Below are positions 61,101 through 64,000 of a stretch of DNA of 64,000 bases, piece after piece. The notes under the pieces are model-generated. The model saw nothing but the letters and a program-made list of their open reading frames with translations, made no database searches and was not told the DNA's origin. The stretch comes from Ostrea edulis (taxonomy: Eukaryota): contig NC_079164.1 in assembly GCF_947568905.1 (NCBI RefSeq), positions 95,604,001-95,668,000 of the forward strand, in the 5' to 3' direction. A program made the translations under genes and the position numbers. The first letter of the stretch is position 1. Every line of letters begins with the position of its first letter.

Positions 61101-63969
61101 TTTCAAAGAAATTAAAAAGTAAATGTGTTTTACAAATTAGCTTAATGTGCTCTCTTGATTAGTGTAAGTACTTACATATCTGAACAGACATATCGTCCTG
61201 TGCTCTGGTCTTTGCATTCACAGTGGAAATCACAGCCATCATCCCATGTCTGTCCCTGCTGGTATTGTTTTCCTTTGTACATACAATAGCCTACAAAAGA
61301 AATCAATACGTATTATAATTGTAACACAGGTATAAATAGTAAAACAAAAAATCAGTCATTAATCATCACTATAAATTTGTTATCGTATTATATCTGTCAT
61401 AGCCACCTATATACAATGACCAGTGAAGAATTGCTTTGATTAACAATGAATTAGGAATATAATGATACCGATGTTGACTCCTGTTCCAGATCCTTGGTAC
61501 ACCCCTGGGGCAAGAGTGGAGACCACCTGTCCTTGTCCAGAAGTTATGTTGGTGACTGGCTGAAAGTTACATTTCGGCATTTGGCAACAAGTGGGGTCAC
61601 TTTGGTCGGGAACCATGGTGCAAACATCAGGGACGTTCTGATACACAGGACATCTGGAACCAAAACATTCAACTGAACGAGATTTTGAACTTGGTGAATA
61701 ATGTTAAACTTACGTTCAACTTATTCTTCAATAGCATCTGTTGTTTTATTTTCAAATATTCAAGAATGAAAAATTTAGTAATTCTTCCAAGTACACACTC
61801 ATTAAATGGTAATTAAACACTAGCAAGTCACTTATCACAAATCAAGGATAAATATCAAAAGTGAGATCGACCATTGGAATGAATAAAAGGACGTTCTTCA
61901 ACTGCAAATTCATGCCGCAGTAGCTGTCGGAAAACTTTGGAAACAAACACGATGCATAAATAATGAGATAATGAGATACGCAACATGTAATTAATGTAAA
62001 GATAACGAACAGTGATCAATCTCATAACAAACATCTTACCCAGTATGTATGTAAACATTTCGAAGGACTTTTTGTGATTTTCTAGTTATCATCTTTAGAT
62101 TTTGCACCATTTTGACACAAACGAAATTTTACAAAAATCGTAGATCCTATTCCTTTAACAATTACTATGAGTTATACATGAATCATCAAATAATGAATGA
62201 ACGTGCACCGAATTCTTCAAATTTATTTAATTGGATGTGTGGACATTTAGTACTTTCTTTTCCTCCAATCATATTTCAAGATATATATGTGCTTTGGTGA
62301 AAGCATTTTAAGAATAGATACTGTTACAACTGTGGGATAATTCTACCTTTTCTTTCTAAGCAAGGAAATAAAATATAATTTTACATGAAAACAAATTTCT
62401 TGCTTCCTTCATTTCTCAAATTACAAATGAATTATATCATCATACTGGACTACTACCAACAAAATATAAATGTGACGTTTAAATATACGATGAAAATAAT
62501 TTTGTCATAATAAAACCTGATGGTGATTGGCATGTACCATTTCCCACATTCACAGAAGTTCAAACTCTCAAAGAATTTATGCAATCCCATGCCAATTTTC
62601 ATATATTGTTTGTGCCCATTAAAACATCACATACATTGTAGACTTTTCATTCACATGATTCAGGTTTAAATTTTGGAGGATAGAAGTTCCCAGGACTGTC
62701 AACTTGCCATGAAATATAGCGATTCTAAACTATTTACTCCCTGGACTGTTGAACTTGTCATGAAATATAACGATTCCAAACTATTTACTCCCTGGACTGT
62801 TGAACTTGTCATGAAATATAGCGATTCCAAACTATTTACTCCCTGGACTGTTGAACTTGTCATGAAATATAGCGATTCTAAACTATTTACTCCCTGGACT
62901 GTTGAACTTGCCATGAAATCTAGCGATTCTAAACTATTTACTCCCTGGACTGTTGAACTTGCCATGAAATCTAGCGATTCTAAACTATTTACTCCCTGGA
63001 CTGTTGAACTTGCCATGAAATCTAGCGATTCTAAACTATTTACTCCCTGGACTGTTGAACTTGCCATGAAATCTAGCGATTCTAAACTATTTACTCCCTG
63101 GACTGTTGAACTTGCCATGAAATCTAGCGATTCTAAACTATTTACTCCCTGGACTGTTGAACTTGCCATGAAATCTAGCGATTCTAAACTATTTACTCCC
63201 TGGACTGTTGAACTTGCCATGAAATCTAGCGATTCTAAACTATTTACTCCCTGGACTGTTGAACTTGCCATGAAATCTAGCGATTCTAAACTATTTACTC
63301 CCTGGACTGTTGAACTTGCCATGAAATCTAGCGATTCTAAACTATTTACTCCCTGGACTGTTGAACTTCCTATGAAATCTAGCGATTCTAAACTATTTAC
63401 TCCCTGGACTGTTGAACTTCCCATGAAATATAGCGATTCTAAACTATGATCTACAAGTTCTGTAACACACACCTGTTGACACATCTGTAGATTCCTCCAT
63501 AAGCATCGTCACAAGTACACTTATAGTTACAGCCATCAAACCAGACCTGGCCCTGGCTGTACTGTTTACCATTGTAAATACACACATCTGTAATATCAAA
63601 TTATTCTTTTATAAATCTAGTATAGCTACAATTTATAACTTATATTTAAAATCCCAACTACTTGTAGAATTGGGCAGACCTTTATACTTTTGATAAAACT
63701 ACCATACAGATTTCATAACCTTGACTTGAAAATTGAAAATAAAAATTATGTCATCATAAAATGAAGTGTAAAGGTGCTGACGAGGTTTGGGTGTGGTTGG
63801 CCGTTGCGTGGTGGTGGGGCGCTGAGTGACTGTCTGTACTGGAGAGTAAGAACCGCTGTGAATACTGGTGACAGGGTTGAAGTTACACTCGGGCTTCTGG
63901 CAGCAGGCATCGTTAGGATCCTGGATCAAGTAACAGTAAGGTTTGGGCAGGTTGGAGTAGACACGGCAT
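17693..63969 (-). CDS. Giant multi-vWC / Pro-Thr-linker / ShKT protein, probably extracellular; 5'-partial, 62 exons in window, at least 3,384 aa
   Basis: Hand-assembled exons in transcript order: 63782-63969, 63473-63587, 61469-61653, 61176-61290, 60813-61024, 60250-60364, 59705-59943, 59135-59249, 57301-57521, 56755-56869, 56369-56543, 55597-55681, 55122-55236, 54714-54916, 54456-54570, 53750-53943, 53237-53402, 51856-52118, 51397-51511, 50828-51102, 50248-50362, 49450-49643, 47936-48050, 46765-47012, 46375-46489, 45559-45785, 44962-45076, 44428-44795, 43741-43855, 42717-42886, 41861-41975, 40845-41023, 40481-40595, 40154-40292, 39877-39925, 39557-39674, 39119-39378, 38024-38135, 37055-37396, 36381-36670, 35925-36039, 34702-35036, 33929-34043, 33459-33715, 33050-33164, 32679-32935, 32181-32295, 31792-32012, 30324-30438, 29699-29958, 29284-29418, 28901-29053, 28173-28220, 27858-28030, 24415-24572, 23457-23629, 22662-22715, 22438-22479, 21995-22112, 20923-21047, 18243-18357, 17693-17822. 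All introns are GT-AG and phases match at every junction; the sum of 10,156 nt = 1 + 3385 codons; TAA at 17693-17695. The donor of 60813-61024 is slightly ambiguous. Confidence 0.88.
19633..20733 (-). mobile_element. Helentron/HINE-type element containing a nested TIR element
   Basis: Starts aactagag; (gaca)n stretch; terminal hairpin tgtctcccc...ggggagaca at ~20702-20728. Confidence 0.6.
19842..20326. mobile_element. Kolobok/TTAA-type MITE
   Basis: ttaa|agggactggttcacgattt ... aaatcgtgaatcagtccct; right-hand TSD degenerate. Confidence 0.7.
21047..21262. repeat. 36-bp repeat (~6 copies) containing the acceptor of exon 20923-21047
   Basis: Unit cctacacaaaacaattaacacaaagggattagtaat. Confidence 0.88.
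22235..22425. repeat. 21-bp AT-rich minisatellite
   Basis: Unit ataaaatgatgataaatagat. Confidence 0.9.
22662..28030 (-). CDS. Unassigned ~185-aa globular domain of the giant protein (4 exons)
   Basis: Exons 27858-28030, 24415-24572, 23457-23629 and 22662-22715 splice in frame: [22 protein letters not shown]...[58 protein letters not shown]...[32 protein letters not shown]...CPFE...PAFLYAPG...[13 protein letters not shown]. Confidence 0.8.
23255..23430. repeat. 21-bp minisatellite
   Basis: Unit acaatactgatgacataacgt. Confidence 0.92.
23793..24420. repeat. Composite 42/39-bp and 51-53-bp minisatellite built on a splice donor
   Basis: Every unit carries ctctttctttacccac|cc, the reverse complement of GG|GTGGGTAAAGAAAGAG. 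Confidence 0.92.
24652..26445. mobile_element. Non-autonomous TIR element (PIF/Harbinger-like) with a 3-bp TGA TSD
   Basis: TIR GGGCTATTCCAGCAA / TTGCTGGAATAGCCC; TGA at 24649-24651 and 26446-26448. Confidence 0.78.
25500..26096. mobile_element. ~600-bp MITE with 48-bp TIRs nested in the TIR element above
   Basis: gagttttacaaccttttcgtgtaatttcacctttctgaaacgactgta and its reverse complement (1 mismatch); no clear TSD. Confidence 0.75.
27124..27408 (-). pseudogene. Possible degraded BED-finger N-terminus of a hAT-like transposase
   Basis: [16 protein letters not shown]...[29 protein letters not shown] resembles the F-x2-EY...KG-x3-AYC-x2-C-x2-DFS-x2-HGG-x2-D pattern; similarity from recall only. 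Confidence 0.4.
28901..29810 (-). CDS. Three tandem ShKT (ShK toxin-like) domains of the giant protein
   Basis: [71 protein letters not shown] and [35 protein letters not shown] each show the six-Cys ShKT spacing ending C-x3-C-x2-C. Confidence 0.85.
29699..63969 (-). CDS. Array of 24 complete vWC-like modules (plus one C-terminal half) separated by Pro/Thr/Asn/Gly-rich linkers
   Basis: N-half exon, usually 115 nt, phase 1 to 2: C-x-YKG-x2-Y-x-QGQ-x-W-x-DGC-x3-C-x-C-x9-C. C-half plus linker exon, phase 2 to 1: CP-x-Y-x2-LP-x2-C-x4-DP-x-D-x-CC-x2-P-x-C. Ten Cys ending in CC-x4-C, as in CCN-family vWC domains. Confidence 0.85.
31215..31812. repeat. 49-bp minisatellite (~11 copies) made of an exon end and donor
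   Basis: Unit actcac|tagagcgatttgtaaagctgtaaaacttgagggttactatgca. Confidence 0.93.
33178..33355. repeat. 61-bp repeat x3
   Basis: aaatctcgttagttattgaag... at 33178, 33239 and 33300. Confidence 0.9.
34030..34335. repeat. 52-bp repeat x6 made of an acceptor and exon start
   Basis: Unit tgtacagacacatgt|ctacaaaacattgacatatcactctgatgagatatac. Confidence 0.95.
34437..34576. mobile_element. Short Tc1/mariner-type MITE
   Basis: ta|cagtcaaacctcg ... agttcaactg|ta. Confidence 0.6.
35062..35790. repeat. 41-bp minisatellite (~17 copies)
   Basis: Unit aagtattacccctcacactgtacagctgttacatgtacatt. Confidence 0.95.
36030..36195. repeat. 69-bp repeat x3 spanning an acceptor
   Basis: atacaggcct|ctgtcaaaagagtc with CT at 36040, 36109 and 36178. 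Confidence 0.9.
38808..39003. repeat. 20-bp minisatellite
   Basis: Unit aaatttgttatttgtacaat. Confidence 0.88.
41680..41800 (-). mobile_element. Fragment of a dispersed repeat; related pieces at ~28700-28850 (+) and ~62000 (-)
   Basis: Shared aacagtgatcaatctca...agagagttgggcaaacacggacccc motif and its reverse complement. Confidence 0.45.
42030..42625. repeat. 45/48-bp minisatellite (~13 copies)
   Basis: Unit ctgcagcattataaaccaccgaatgtcttaacacagatactgaat. Confidence 0.95.
43255..43728. repeat. 34-bp minisatellite (~14 copies)
   Basis: Unit gagaataattttctgtagccgactgcgatacttt. Confidence 0.95.
45222..45413. repeat. 32-bp minisatellite (~6 copies)
   Basis: Unit ctagttatcactatataactaacctttgtgca. 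Confidence 0.93.
45817..46126. mobile_element. TTAA-flanked MITE (Kolobok/piggyBac-type TSD) containing a tRNA-like segment
   Basis: TIR GGTGGCTCACTACACT / AGTGTAGTGAGCTACC; TTAA at 45813-45816 and 46127-46130. Confidence 0.85.
47500..47850. repeat. 30-bp minisatellite (~11 copies)
   Basis: Unit atctcattaagagttatctcattaacagct. Confidence 0.93.
48680..49390. repeat. 76-bp minisatellite (~9 copies)
   Basis: Unit agaaccgtaccatattaatactatttcaacactcatagccagttattgtagactgtataaaaccaaaacaatgaac. Confidence 0.96.
52087..52427. repeat. 85-86-bp repeat x4 made of an acceptor and 32-34 nt of exon
   Basis: gtagagggtaaacttgggaactctccacat|ctacaa with CT at 52119, 52205, 52290 and 52375. Confidence 0.95.
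55730..55980. repeat. 30-bp degenerate minisatellite
   Basis: Unit cagtcagtgtaagtcagcatggtccaatca. Confidence 0.85.
55996..56246 (-). mobile_element. tRNA-derived SINE
   Basis: On -: GGGGCCTCCG, A box TAGCTGAGTGG, B box GGTTCAAATCC, (caa)n tail; ~11-bp TSD cagt(a/c)agtgta. Confidence 0.85.
59278..59456. repeat. 33-bp minisatellite
   Basis: Unit atcaaagcatatctctgtatccacagaaattac. Confidence 0.9.
59995..60066. mobile_element. 72-bp hAT-type mini-MITE
   Basis: 19-bp TIR ccatcgttgcaaaccacgc / gcgtggctggcaacgatgg; 8-bp flanking direct repeat (g/a)agggcta. Confidence 0.7.
62690..63447. repeat. 51-bp minisatellite (~15 copies)
   Basis: Unit ccctggactgttgaacttgccatgaaatctagcgattctaaactatttact. 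Confidence 0.96.
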
Positions 63970-64000
63970 CTATAAAACAGCGACACACACAAAAATTAAT

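Overview
AT-rich, intron-rich eukaryotic DNA, very probably an oyster (Ostreidae); this is inferred from Cg170/HindIII-like ~166-bp satellite units inside Helentron-type elements. Two genes lie tail-to-tail. (1) On the + strand are the last five exons of METTL3, the m6A methyltransferase catalytic subunit (793-6678). (2) On the - strand is the 3' part of a giant modular gene (17693-63969, 5' end outside the window). By hand I assembled 62 phase-consistent GT-AG exons, 10,156 nt, encoding at least 3,384 aa. That protein has 24 tandem CCN-type vWC-like 10-Cys modules with Pro/Thr-rich linkers, 3 ShKT domains, a ~185-aa domain I cannot name, and 2 final vWC modules. The ~11-kb intergenic gap holds a 3.9-kb 24-bp minisatellite, a nested Helentron/SINE/RTE-LINE/MITE stack and a mariner remnant. 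The most unusual pattern is that about a dozen exon-intron junctions in both genes are themselves tandemly duplicated, giving arrays of 2 to ~12 competing splice sites, including five acceptors before a core METTL3 exon. Most long ORFs in the supplied track are tandem-repeat artefacts.
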